64,000 bases of DNA. Origin: Podarcis tiliguerta. Its lineage: Eukaryota. The stretch lies in assembly GCA_965153285.1 (NCBI GenBank), contig OZ229129.1; one strand, given 5' to 3'. The notes beneath the pieces were generated by a model that had not been told where the DNA came from, searched no databases, and saw only the letters and a program-made list of their open reading frames with translations. Position 1 is the first letter of the stretch. Every line of letters begins with the position of its first letter. Made by a program: the position numbers and the translations under genes. Of the stretch, positions 24,386 to 36,675 are shown in pieces.

Positions 24386-25666
24386 TGTGCTGAGGGCAAG
24401 GTGTTGCAGTCTTGAAAAGGTGACAGACAGATGACTTTGCAGCCTGACACAGCTTCTCATGCTGAAGGCCCCCAACAAAGCAGTGTATGGAAATAGCATT
24501 TTACTAATGTGCTGAGATCAGTGCACCTAAAGGTGGAGGCAGATTGCGCCATCAGTGTAGCAAACTGGAAAGGGGAAAAGAAAAGAAAGGTAGAAGCTGG
24601 GATATTATTTCCACCACTGCATAATTTGGTTCTCTCCACACCCTCTGGAGCTTCTGTCTCAGGTGAGGCAGGTTGTCACAAGGGAGAGAGCACCCTTTCC
24701 CATTGGGCAGCATGACAACTGCATGCTTTGGGAAAAGAGGAATTTTTATTCTCCAGGGTTAATTTGCCTTTTTAGTTGCTTTTGCAGTTCCACTTTACAT
24801 GCCATGGGTATAGCCAGGATTTATTTGGGGGTGGGGCAGGCTTTATGTTGGGGGGGGGCGGAACTGAGTTATCTACGATGCAATTGGTCAGTTAGTTAAG
24901 CATTTTTATTTATTTACTTGATATAGGTGTGTTACATGCTTCTATTTATATCTTTACCTTCCTCTTATAACTAGCAGGTAGAGCAGCATTCAGTGTCTCT
25001 TGGAAGAGCAGGTGACCATAGTTTCTTCCTCTGATGCTCCAGGAACTCCCCACCCCCACCCCTGCTCCACAGTCTCCAAAAGCAATGAGGGCCAGTATGA
25101 TGTGGAAGCATGAATTAAATTGAGGAGATGAGAATTCAAATTTCTGCTTGGTTACAATGCTTGCTGTTTAAGTTTAGGGCTGGTCACCCTTGCTCAGAAC
25201 TGGCCAACCTCATAGAATAGTGATAGGGATGCAGAGGGAACCGGGGCAGGGTGGGTAGTGAATAAATGAGGCAAGCTATATCTACCCACAAAAGGGCTGG
25301 CTCAGAGTAAGTTGGTGCCCTGAGGCAAGAGGGAATAACTCCTTCTCCTCTTCATTTCCTTTAAGATGGGACACAGTTCTTTGGGAGGTTCTCCTGCGGA
25401 AGCCCAATGAACAGGAGTTGTGCAAGAGCCCTGTGGCTGAGGAAAAAAGCAGCTCTTACACCTTTCAGTGAAGTTTGCCCTAGAGAATGCCCCTGTGGGT
25501 CTGATAAATCCCTGAAGCTGATACCCTTAACAGCAACCCCCCATAATATATTATACCACCTTAACCCACAGAGACACGCCCCCCTCCACCAACATGCCTT
25601 GCCACCCGAGGCTCAGGGCAGAGCGAATTTGGCCAACAGCACAAAAGAGGTTCAAGTTGTTGGATT

Positions 25667-25672
25667 TTTATT
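25667..25672 (-). terminator. Candidate PNPLA7 polyadenylation signal AATAAA (3' UTR about 0.9 kb)
   Basis: First AATAAA I found on the minus strand after the stop codon, followed about 20-35 nt later by a U/GU-rich stretch (TTTTGTGCTGTTGG). Confidence 0.5.
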
Positions 25673-26555
25673 TTTTTAAAAAAACATCTGAACACACAGA
25701 GCGACGAGACAGCCCAACATTGCTAAGATGGAACAAGGTTGTCCAGATGGCCAGAGGCAGGAGTGCCCCCTTCTGTGTGGAAATGCCACAAGTGTAAAGT
25801 GAGCCAAGGACTCCCAGACGGAGCTTCAGAGAAAGGCAGAAGGGCAAGAAAAGTCCTTCTCCCTGCTCTGCTGTGGAGAGCAGGACCAGCTAAGGCATCT
25901 CAATTGGTGGCGTCTTCTTAGCGAGACTGCTTGCCACAACCACTGCTGGGCAACACAGCTCCCAACAGATGGTTTTCTTTTCACACCGTGTCGGAGTCGA
26001 GCAAGGAACATCCAGACTCATTCTGCATGCTAACATTCAGGCTTCTTACTAATTGCTGGCAAAACCTTTCACACACACCCTCCCTCCCATTGCAGATGCT
26101 GGTTCAAGAACTAAAGGGGGGGGGGGTAAACAGTAATTTAAGAGTGCTGAAACCCACTTCTCCACCCACCCTTTAAAAATATAGACATGCACACTCGCTT
26201 TCTCTCTGCTGTTGCCATCTTGTTCATAGGACAAACAGGCATACAAAATGCACCGTTCACTCCACACGCCCAGCCTGCAGGAATTCAGTGCTGCCCTGGG
26301 ATCTGTTTGGGCCAAGCTGCTGGTGAAAGGTTTCTGGAGAGCTGCATTTGAGAAATGGTGGAAGGGGGGAGTTTAGCCATGGTCAGGAGCCCTTTCACTC
26401 TTGCTACCCATGCTGGGTTTAGGCAAGAAAGAAAGAAAGAAAAAAAGGCACCACTTTCATCTCAGAACAAGGAAGCGTTGTAATGGCAAAGAGAGGAGGC
26501 TTTGTAATGAATGGGAAAGGATTTCCTGAGCCACTTCGGAGCCCCCCAAAGCAGC

Positions 26556-26636
26556 TCAGCTCAGCTCGGTACCACTGCTTCCTTGGCTGTCCTGGCTGAT
26601 GATGCTGATACGCTTTCTGCGCCGGACTTCTTGGTC
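26556..26636 (-). CDS. PNPLA7: PNPLA7 probable terminal coding exon: DQEVRRRKRISIISQDSQGSSGTELS*
   Basis: Long pyrimidine tract and TAGCAG acceptor. Phase 0 gives an acidic-then-basic tail similar in layout to mammalian EDESSLRHRH..., with stop TGA at 26558-26556. Sequence conservation here is low, so this exon is less certain. Confidence 0.75.
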   Translation of the reverse strand, partial: DQEVRRRKRISIISQDSQGSSGTELS

Positions 26637-27037
26637 CTGCTAGGAGCAAGAAAAGAAGACAAAAGGTTTTCACTCACACTGTTAGGCCCCAGAGGTCACT
26701 GACAAAGGGCTCCCCTCTGGGCTCTGCCGTCCAGGGCCAAAAGCTCACATGTAAGGGGGAGGAGCAAGCATGAGCTGTATGCGTCTTGAGCTTCTTGGGA
26801 GTGTGCTGTGTGCAATTTGGCATCGTTAAGACTGTAAAAAGCAGAACCCTGCTGGATCACATCCCCCACCCACCAAGAGCGAGGAGCTGCTGAACCTGGC
26901 TCATTTGACATTCTCACCTGGGAAGTGGTCTCCCTGCCAAAGCAACTTGCCAGAGGAGGAGAAGGGGCAGAGTTTCTTTGCTGAGTGGGGAGGAAGAGAA
27001 GCCTCTTTCTCCTAGCACAGCATAGGGGAGCGGAGCA

Positions 27038-27158
27038 CGGGGGGGGGGGGGAGAGAGAGAGAGATAGAGAGAGAGATAGAGATAGAGATAGGGAGAGAGA
27101 TAGAGATAGGGAGATAGAGAGAGATAGAGATAGAGATAGGGAGAGAGATAGAGATAGG

Positions 27159-27202
<44 letters not shown>
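27038..27202. repeat. G-run plus compound (GA)n/(GAGATA)n purine repeat in the last PNPLA7 intron
   Basis: Directly visible. Explains the spurious RE/RD and LS/LY ORFs. Confidence 0.95.
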
Positions 27203-27204
<2 letters not shown>

Positions 27205-28035
27205 AGGGTGGTGGTACAAAGGTGGCCTACTTTTGCCTCTGCCCATGAGCATCCCAGGTATGTTGCTCCTGACAGAATAAATTTCTCAACATAAGGCAGC
27301 TCCTTGGCCCCAATCTAGGTCAGCATCCTGATTTTTCTAGCTGTTATATCAACTTGTGTTCAGTGGGTGATGGAAGGTAGAATTATTTGGAGAGAGGGAA
27401 AAGGGGAAAAAACTTCTGTCTCTCGCCACTTACTACACATAACACCTACCATCTCTATCATGTTTCTCTGTCAGATATCTTTTACCAAGTTCAAAAAATT
27501 TGCTTCAGCCTCTAGTTCACTGGGAAGGTACTTCAAACAGCCCACAATTGCAGATTTCATTTTTGTAAAAAAAAGAACACCTCTCATAGGTACACATTAG
27601 TTTCTAGTCCTCATAATTGCAAAGGTAAATGCAGCCACATCTGAGCTACCCTACTGTTGCCTCTACTCCTTATAGGTTTAGAGTGGTGTGCATGTGTGCA
27701 GTTTTTCACTAGATATAGCTCACACAGTAGCAAGTGTGTCTTCACAGCTCTAAAGGTCACAAAGCAGCATAACAGGAACAGAATTCTACCCTTTCCATCT
27801 CTGAATCCCACTCCTAGAACATGTTATAAGATATAAGATATAAAATAAAGATTATTCCTGAATGTTTACAGAATATTTTTTCCCTTGCAACTGAGGAGCC
27901 AGTGGAAGCCTTCTAGTCATGTAACAATGTCTAAGACCCCTTTTGGCAAGATAAGCTCCACCTCACTCTTGTATTGGCTCCACTGCATTATGGGAAGACA
28001 GTGGTCAAACCAGTAGGGCCCAGGGGAGCTCTTAC

Positions 28036-28139
28036 GGAGTCGGAGTCGTCTTCAGTGTGGTTGCTCAGGAAACTGACATAGTCGTCCTTGTGGCTGCCGA
28101 GAACTTCCTCCTCATACTCCGTCTGATAGTCGGACTCAT
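28036..28139 (-). CDS. PNPLA7: PNPLA7 penultimate exon, 104 nt: ESDYQTEYEEEVLGSHKDDYVSFLSNHTEDDSDS
   Basis: Acceptor gttcag, donor GTAAGA. Conserved DESDYQTEYEEE motif. Phase 1 in, 0 out. Confidence 0.92.
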
Positions 28140-28671
28140 CTGAACAGAAGGCAGGTAAGAGGGAGAGACTCATTCAGCCCAGAGGTGAGGGAAGGCACAG
28201 CTGGTTTCCCCAAGATGTGGGGTGAAGCACCTGCCTCAGGTGATGGAAGTGCAAGAGGCAGCCCTCTGCCTGCCCAACTCCTTCCACTGCCACCAAGAGG
28301 AAGGTGTGCCAGTGTGTGGCACTGCCACTTGTCTTCCCCGCCAAATGAATGGCAACACTTTGAGGCACACCCTGGCTCCCACTGAGCTTGGCAAGGGCTA
28401 GCGGTGGAAGTGGGATGCAGTTTCGTGGGCCGGGAGGTGGCAATTCCTGTTTCATCTCAGGCGGCAAGATGGCTGGGTCACCTCTGGGAGAGGGGACAGC
28501 AGGAAAAGCAGGAACCCAAGGGCTACGTGGATGGGCATCGCCCACCTGCCTCAACCCGCCCCCCTAAAAACATGAACAGATTTCCTGGGGATCCTTGAGC
28601 AACAAACACAACAAAGAAAGGAACTGGAGTTCTGGTTTTTGGTGCAGCCGTGATCCCCACCCGCAACTCAC

Positions 28672-28756
28672 CATCCACTATGACAGCCTTGACTGGCTCA
28701 ATTCGGGAGACAATTTCCGCCAGGTCTGTGAAAGAAGTTGTGGGACAGGTCACCAC
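28672..28756 (-). CDS. PNPLA7: PNPLA7 exon, 85 nt: [28 protein letters not shown](D)
   Basis: Acceptor ttccag, donor GTGAGT. Conserved [13 protein letters not shown] motif. Confidence 0.94.
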
Positions 28757-31700
28757 CTGGAAGAGAAGAGATGGGTGCTTAAGAAGAGCCTGGCTTCTGG
28801 GTCAGGCCAGTGGCCCGTCTCATCAAGCATCCTGTTCTCACAGTGGCCAACCAGATGCCCCAAAGAGGAAGCTCCCAAGGCGCACCTGAGTACAGCGGCC
28901 CTCTTCCCGCTGACACCTGTTCACGCTGCCACCGCCAAGGGTGTCTTCATCCATTAAGTTCTTTATTGTCATTAATTCAAATTATTAGTTGCTTGACACA
29001 CGTGAAGAGCCTCCAAGCGGCTTTCAGAATTTTAAAAGCAGAAAGCATGACACAAGATTGCAAGGAAAGAGTACTGCATTACAATAAAATAACAAAAAAT
29101 AACCTCAAGAAAGCCTGAAGCTGATAAAGCAGCGGCAAAAACAACAGCATCAACGGACAGCAAAATATTATAATGTGTCAAGTGCTTATGAGACAAGAGG
29201 TTTCACCTGGAGCCAAAAAGGTGTTTGTGAAAGCGCCACACTGACCTCCCTGGGGAGAGTGTTCTACAGGCAGGGGAGCCACAACTGAAAAGGCCCTTCC
29301 CCTTGTTGCAACCCAGTGTGAGAGCCAGCGATGGTGCAGCTGGACTAGGACTTGGGAGACCAGGGTTCCCACTCTGTCATGAAGCTCACCGAGTATGACC
29401 TTGAGGCAGTCACCACCTCTCAGCTGCACCCACCTCACAGGGTTGTTGTGGGGATTAAATGAGGAGAGCGGAGAACGCTGGATGAAACTTTCAGTGCCTT
29501 GGAGAAGGAGGTTTGATATAAAGGCAAGAAATGAAAATAAGATGATAAACCCTCCGAACCTCCCTCAGAGGAGGCACCTGGGAGAAGGCCTCATATGAAT
29601 ATATTCCCTGCCCCCCCAGCAATTATAATAGCATGCTCAACTTCATGCTGAAAAATGAAGCCTAACAGGGAGGGCTGGGGCAGTGCAGGGGCTAGGAGAC
29701 TGAAAGTGATGCATGAAAAATGTCATCTGCTACGAGCTCACTAGGATGCTTCGGGTGCAAGGCACAAGGGATAGGAGTTGCAAGCTGAAACATCTGGAGG
29801 GCACCAGGTTGGGTGAAGGCTGTACTCCTGACCAAGCTGCTCCTCTGCCCCTATCTAGGAGACTGGAAGAGGGAGCGCTTGAGCCAAGCCACACAGAGCC
29901 ACGGCAATGCCAGAGGGCCAGGATCACATGCCCTGCAGCAGAGGAAGGGAACATCTGGTTGTAGGAGCATTAATTAAAGGCTGCCAGCCCAAGAGTCCCT
30001 AAATCTTAAAAATAGTTACAGAGGCCACTCCGCTGGCTGGCTAAGAGCTATTGAACTGAGCCACGAGGCAGTAAGATCAATCCCCTGCTACAAAGGGCAG
30101 GTCCTTTAATGAGATATGTTATCTCCGTATTACAGCGGACATTCAAAATGTGGTGACTCAACGCTCCAATCCAGGGCACATTGTTCACTGTCAAGAACTC
30201 AGAGGGATGCCGGAGAATGCTGACAGTCAACGGCATTCGCTTGCACATATAAAAAAATTGAAAACAAGCATGAAGGGTGCGGGGGAGGAGGATATATTTT
30301 ACATATCTAGGTTTGAGTTGTCACTAAATTTATATTGGATTGTCAACATTCATGCACTGCATCCAGGGCTGTGTTATTCAGCAATTGAAGAAGTCACGAC
30401 ATTTTTACTTCTTTGATGTAGAAGACATGGGAGATTGAAAGCAGATTCTCATCTTCCTGAGCGCAGCAGGTTCTAACATCTCCTTTTTAAAAAAGGAGCA
30501 ACTTTCTAGATCTCATGGCTGTGAAGATAAGCTTGGAAACACGTGAGGCATTTCAGAAGCCAAAGGGTAGCTCAAAGAGATTCCTAGTGACTAGGGCTCT
30601 AAGGCCTTGCCCCTCCCTCCATCAACTATTCAAGATAAAGTATGCAAGGTAAGATAAATTTTACAAAGTTGCTCAGTGTGCTTAATATGTTATAAAATTA
30701 AGCATTTCTTGGGGTAAAAATCTGATTGGGCATGGAACTTATTTTTAGCATTACTTATGCCATGCCCTACAACACACAGCCAATGGAATCAGCTGTCACT
30801 GGATCAGCTCCGGTGCAAGGCAGCCCCCATGTCCCAGCTGGTGTGTGTAGCTAGTTGTATATTGGGTGACTTTCCAGGTCTCCATTTCATTTCCATAGCA
30901 CTCTGTCTGGGGCCTGCTCTTAACAGTCAAAGGGGTGGCAGGAGGCTGAGCCTGCAGGAGACCCCTAGCAACTGGATGAGTCACAACCGGCAGAGAGGGA
31001 AGCACACAGGAGATGCTGCAATCACTTAAATAATTATGTTCCCAAAACCCAGAAGCAGCTATGGAGAGTTGGGGTGGAAGAGTGGGGAATCCACAAGACA
31101 TTCAAGCCTCACTGAGATATGGTGCAAATATGCACCATACATTTAAAGCACATTGCTTTCCCCAAAGAATCCTGCAAACTGTAGGTTAAGGGTGTTGGGA
31201 ACTGGAGTTCTGAGGGGAGTAAACTACAGCTCATGATTCTTCGGGGTGAAGCCGTGTGCTTTCAATGTGACCCTAGGCTACTCTAACCCACAGAGAAAAT
31301 TAGATCACTTGGGGCATCAGCCTCTTTCCCTGTCCACTTTATCCTACCATGACTGAAAGAGATCGAATGAAAGCTCTCTCTTCACAGCACCTCCTGTGCA
31401 CCATGTTCAATTAACGGAGGTGCGTAAAGCCAGATGCTCTCAACAGCAGCCTCTCAAGCGTGTAGCTCCCTATGGAGATTCAGAGCCCTGAGTTCTGCAG
31501 GGAAGACTTGCAGCTAAATCAAGAGAAGGGTGAGGTGCCTATATTTTGTATTTTAAAAACTCAGTTTTAAAATGAGATCTCCACCCCACCCCACCCATCA
31601 TTCTAAACACAATCTATTGCTACTTGCTGTAAGCCTCTGGAGATAGTGCAGAATGCACAAAGAAGAATTTATTTGTTTGTTTACTCTGAATCTCTGCCTG

Positions 31701-32371
31701 CTTTTCAAAACAGGACCATGTCAGAAGGTAGCTTGCAATTAGATGACTGTGATAACATTTATTTATTTATTTACTTACTTACTCCTTTTATGTCCCACCT
31801 TTTTTCTCCAAGGAGTTCTCCCCTTCCTCATTTAATTTCCACAACAACCCTGGGAGGTGGCTTAGGCTGGGAGGCAATGACAGTCCCAAGGTCACACAGT
31901 GACCTTTATGGACGAGTGGGGATTTGAACCTGGGTCTCCCAGGTCCTAGCCTCACACTCTAACACCACTGCACCACACTGGCTTTGTAAGTCGGGGATGT
32001 GTTAGTAAGTCGGGTTCAGCACAGGCTCTTATGGCAATTAGTGACATGGTCCAGCAGTTGAAACTGGTCTATTAAAGCGAATGGGGCATTGCCCCACCAA
32101 CCACAATCAGCCCTCACCTGCCTGCCTTCTTACTTACAGCCAATCAGTGGCTGGCTCCACCTACTGTTGATCTCCCTGCCTTCACGCTACCACTCCCAAG
32201 GGGTGCCAGTCACCAATGCAATCCAGGATCTTCTCTCCAGAGGACCCAAAATGCATATTTAAAAACAAGCAAACCCTCTGCCATAAAACCACTATGAGCT
32301 TTGCGAAGCAATCATGTTAGGAGAGCAATAATTTGAAAAAGGACATTAGGAAGAGCCACTGGGATACTCAC

Positions 32372-32482
32372 TCCTGGAAGCTTGGATTTGCAGAGTTCCT
32401 GTCTGTCCTTCAGCATCTTGTCCAGGACACCACTCCTGCACCAGACATTAAATACTGTTCTCCCGTGCTGATAGCCCACCTC
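32372..32482 (-). CDS. PNPLA7: PNPLA7 exon, 111 nt: EVGYQHGRTVFNVWCRSGVLDKMLKDRQELCKSKLPG
   Basis: Acceptor (TTCC)n-AG, donor GTGAGT. Conserved EVGYQHGRTVF..W.RSGVL.KML motif. Confidence 0.93.
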
Positions 32483-32484
32483 CT

Positions 32485-32556
32485 GGAAGGAAGGAAGGAA
32501 AGAAGGAAGGAAGGAAGGAAGGAAGGAAGGAAGGAAGGAAGGAAGGAAGGAAGGAA
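32485..32556. repeat. (GGAA)18 microsatellite with one AGAA variant, forming a PNPLA7 polypyrimidine tract
   Basis: Directly visible; abuts the acceptor AG at 32484-32483. Confidence 0.95.
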
Positions 32557-33101
32557 ACCATCAGCCACTATAGCTGAGCTGGTTTCCTGTGGCAGCCCCA
32601 GAGGACAGAAATGGAGCCCATTCGCCTCATGGTTCTTCTGAAATGTGTTGCTGAACTAAGTTAAGAAGAAAAAGGTCTCTGTTGCAAAGACTCTTGCTCA
32701 CAAGCCTGTTGCTATAAGCCCCTTTTGCCTGTGTCTTTGGCATGGGGCTGGGACATGTGGGGTGGCTCCAATGCTTGCTGATGGCTCTTTGATGAATTCA
32801 AAATAGCTCCATTTTTTATAACTAGTTGCTGACAAGTTTCTCACTGGAATGTTTTTCACCTATTAAGACTGGTTTTATTGGATTAATCTATTTAAAGAAT
32901 TTTAATCCTGATCCTTGGGGTTACTTTAAAGATCACTTTAAAATAAAAAGTGGGGACATTCCCTCTCATCAGGCTAATAAGCTAAAAAGGCATGGCATAC
33001 AAGGGGGAAAAAATATTGTGACAAGCAAGTAATTTGAGGCTGCCAAGCCAAGAAGGCACCCCTCTCCCCCACTGCCTTAGCTTCCTCTGACCCCAACGCA
33101 C

Positions 33102-33254
33102 ACAGATTTCATCAAACTTCCCGAAGTCCAAGGTGCCATAGCGATCAATGGGTGGCCGGATGTATTCACAGTATTCGCTGCTCTTGACCATCTCCAGCTG
33201 CCGGACACAGCACACGTAGGCAAGCCGGGTCTGGATCTCGGCCATGTTCAGCAC
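33102..33254 (-). CDS. PNPLA7: PNPLA7 exon, 153 nt: [51 protein letters not shown]
   Basis: Acceptor ttggcag, donor [22 protein letters not shown] is PNPLA7-type; PNPLA6 as recalled has VPDMAEIQSRLAYVSC. Confidence 0.95.
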
Positions 33255-33375
33255 CTGCCAAAAATGTCAAGTATCATTAAGCTCCCACAAGAGAATGGGC
33301 AGCAGCACCCATCTTGGCTGACCGAAATTCTAACTTCTATAACCTCCCATCCCCCAAACCTAGGGAATTTGTTTA

Positions 33376-33627
33376 GTGTTGTTGTTTAGTCGTTCAGTCA
33401 TGTCCGACTCTTCGTGACCCCATGGACCAAGGCACGCCAGGCACCCCTGTCTTCCACTGCCTCCCGCAGCTTGGTCAGACTCATGTTTGTCGCTTCGAGA
33501 ACACTGTCCAATCATCTCGTCCTCTGTCATCCCCTTCTCCTTGTGCCCTCCATCTTTCCCAACATCAGGGTCTTTTCCAGGGAGTCTTCTCTTCTCATGA
33601 GGTGGCCAAAGTATTGGAGCCTCAGCT
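33376..33627 (-). mobile_element. BovB (RTE clade) LINE 3' end
   Basis: Characteristic reverse-complement 3' end GTTGTTTAGTCGTTCAGTCATGTCCGACTCTTCGTGACCCCATGGAC...CCCAACATCAGGGTCTTTTCC with a (CAA)n tail. Confidence 0.88.
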
Positions 33628-34128
33628 CAGATTCTCAGAGGACTGCAACTCTAGGCATGGAGCCTAGACATTTGAAGCAGGTTTGAAACTGGCTTGTGTG
33701 GGTGGGTGGTGAAGACATGGCTACTCTGTCAGATATTTAGTGCCATGGCACAACATACACAGGCTACAACCATGTCTGTCTGGCCTCATCATGGCATGAT
33801 GTGGAGGAAAACAGCATGTACGGCCTTATTTTCCATCTGTGGAATCAAAGCTTTGAAGGGTCATTGTGAACTCTAATACAGCTTTGCAAATATGTTATCA
33901 CAAATGGTCACTAGCTCAGAAAGAAATAATAACAACCAGCTCAAATCTGTGTTGGGAAAATTAAAAGGCATAGTTCTCTTTCAGGCTGTTAAAAACCTTT
34001 CCAGGTATAAGACTAAAACCCCCCCCACCAAACCACCAAATCGTTGCCTGATCCCCTGGAATCAACCACAAATTGCCACAGACGATTGGGCTAGCAGCTA
34101 TTTAGGGGCAATTCTATCCTAGGCATAC

Positions 34129-34277
34129 CTTCACTTTCTCCACCAAGGGGTTCCACCGCTTCCACAGCAGCCACCAGCCAGAGAGTGCGTCGCCATAATT
34201 GGTGAGGTTTGTCTCATCCCTGCTCCCCACATCAATGGCAATGACCACCTTTGCCCCCATAGACCTAGCAACATCCG
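34129..34277 (-). CDS. PNPLA7: PNPLA7 exon, 149 nt: (A)[49 protein letters not shown]
   Basis: Acceptor tgacag, donor GTATGC. Near-identical to mammalian PNPLA7 as recalled. Confidence 0.95.
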
Positions 34278-36112
34278 CTGTCAAGGTGACAAAAGCAAAG
34301 AATCATCCCCTGGCCCCTTCCTAGAACACCTTCCACTCTGCTTGCTGGGCAGCCTACTGCTTGGCATGAGTTCATTATTTCTGGCAGGGTCTTTGCCACA
34401 CATCATCCACGCTGGACATTTGTGGGCGCTGCTCCAAGGAGGGCAATTTTACCTTCCAAAATGCTCTCAGAAGATTCTTTCCCTCTCAGCAGAATTAGGG
34501 TAATTTATAGGCCTTCTTTGTTCCAGTAATTCACTTCTAAACCCAAACATGAAAAAGCATTTCTCCTCCTGACGGGAGAAAGAAAAGGCCCTTTGCAGAG
34601 AACAGTGACTCAGTATCCCTCAGGGAGGCGAGGGTGAGAAGACAAGAGGAACAGCAAAGTGAAAGAGGCCCACAAAATCGTGACAGGTATGTCATTTTCG
34701 ATTCCACTTGGTGGAGAAGATGCTCAGCAGGGTTTAAAGGCTACCAGGGTATGTTGTACCAGGAACATCACTGTGAGCGGTCAGGAGACATTTGGATAAG
34801 CCTACTTGTACCCTCACTTCCTTCACCTCCCTTTCCCTGCCCCATTTTTCAGAGTGGGGTGGGAATTGAGTTTTATATAAAAAGGAGGAAACACTTAAAA
34901 AAGTATTAATTTTAGATGCTTCCATACTGCCATGTTTCAAGAGCACTCAGCATTGCCATTTATTCCTCTTAACCACAACAAAGTTGATGGCTGGTGTGAT
35001 GAAAGTGTCAGACTGGTAATGCAGAGACCTGGGTTCAAATCTTCACTTGGACACATGAAGCTCATAGCATGCACCATTGGGACAATCACTCTGCCTAACC
35101 CACCCCACAAGGTTTGTTGTGACGATAAAACAGGGAAAGAGAGGGAGCCCATAGGGAGAGATTGGGAACTTTAGTAGCCCTCCATATGTTATTGGACTAC
35201 AACTCCCATCAACCCCTGACCATTGGCTGTACTAGCTGGCATTGGTGGGAGTTGTAGACCAACAATGACTGGTGTGTTGGTGGTGGCTGGGTTAGAGTGT
35301 TGGAATAGGAACAAGGGGACCCTGCATTTGAATCCCCACTCAATCATAAAGTTCACTAAATGATCTAAAGCCAATCGCTCACATAAACACACAGTTTTTC
35401 CTCTGGCTAACCTTCTTTCATAGGGTTTTGAATACATCAGCAATAGCCGACCTTAGGCTTAGCTTTATAAAGGAGCAGCAGTTCAGTCCCAGCTGCAAAC
35501 CCTGCCTTCGTTGAAAGGTGCCTTTTGAGGGTAAAGGGGGCCTATCCTGCTCCAGCCAGATGGCATGGGGAAGACTCTGAACACAAAAAGAGCCCTCCTG
35601 GATCAAGCCAATGGCCCATTCAGTCCAGCATCCTGTTCTCACAGTGGCCAAGCTGGTGCCCGTGGGAAACTCTGGTTGTACTGAGGCTTCTGTGATAGGA
35701 GTCCTCTGAGTCAGAGAACTGGGCATGGAAGCATCCTTGGGCTGGAGGGGCACAGGTACCACACTCAACTTGTGTGTGTGTTTTGTGTGCAGCTGCGCTC
35801 CTTACTCAGAGTCTTCAATCTCATTCAGGAACTTGCTCTCATGTACCTGGCTGCAAACTTGTTTCTGATAAGACTGGGAGTGGGTGAAGGTTAATGGGAA
35901 CATCTATCGCAAATATTTGGGGTGTTGGGGATCAGCAGGGACACACAGCCCACACACTGAACCAGACAGCTTTAAAAAAGGATGCAATTAGAGCCTCTGT
36001 ACAGTTTGATCATCTCTTCTCACCATATGTAAGTCTCAAAATTTGAATTTATGTCTCTGTGGGTTGCAACTCCCCCAATAAATTCAGGAGTTGGGGCTAG
36101 AAGTAGGATCTA

Positions 36113-36343
<231 letters not shown>

Positions 36344-36605
36344 CTAACCCAACCAGCCCCACTTCTTGAGGGCAACAGCAGCTTTCCCCACTTGTGATTC
36401 CTGGCAACCAGAGGCTTCCTGCCTCTGATAGTGGAGAGAGAACATAGCCATCATTATTTTAGTGGGCTTAAAGCCTGAGACCCAGCCCTCAAATGCATCT
36501 GTGGGAGCTTCAAACCTATGCTGTAAGTACAATGGGAAAACGGTCCAAGGGCTTCAGCTGTTTTAAATGAGATAAGCACTGTGGGCCCTTCACAGATATA
36601 CTTAC

Positions 36606-36675
36606 CATCTGTGTGGATTCTCATTGCTGAGGCAGTGATATCTGTTGTGATGATGAAGTAAGGAATCCAAAGATC
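36606..36675 (-). CDS. PNPLA7: PNPLA7 exon, 70 nt: [23 protein letters not shown](G)
   Basis: Acceptor ctgtag, donor GTAAGT. Conserved [19 protein letters not shown] motif. Confidence 0.95.

Noticed and set aside
26914-27252. RE/RD-repeat and LS/LY-repeat ORFs
   Set aside because: Translations of the purine microsatellite.
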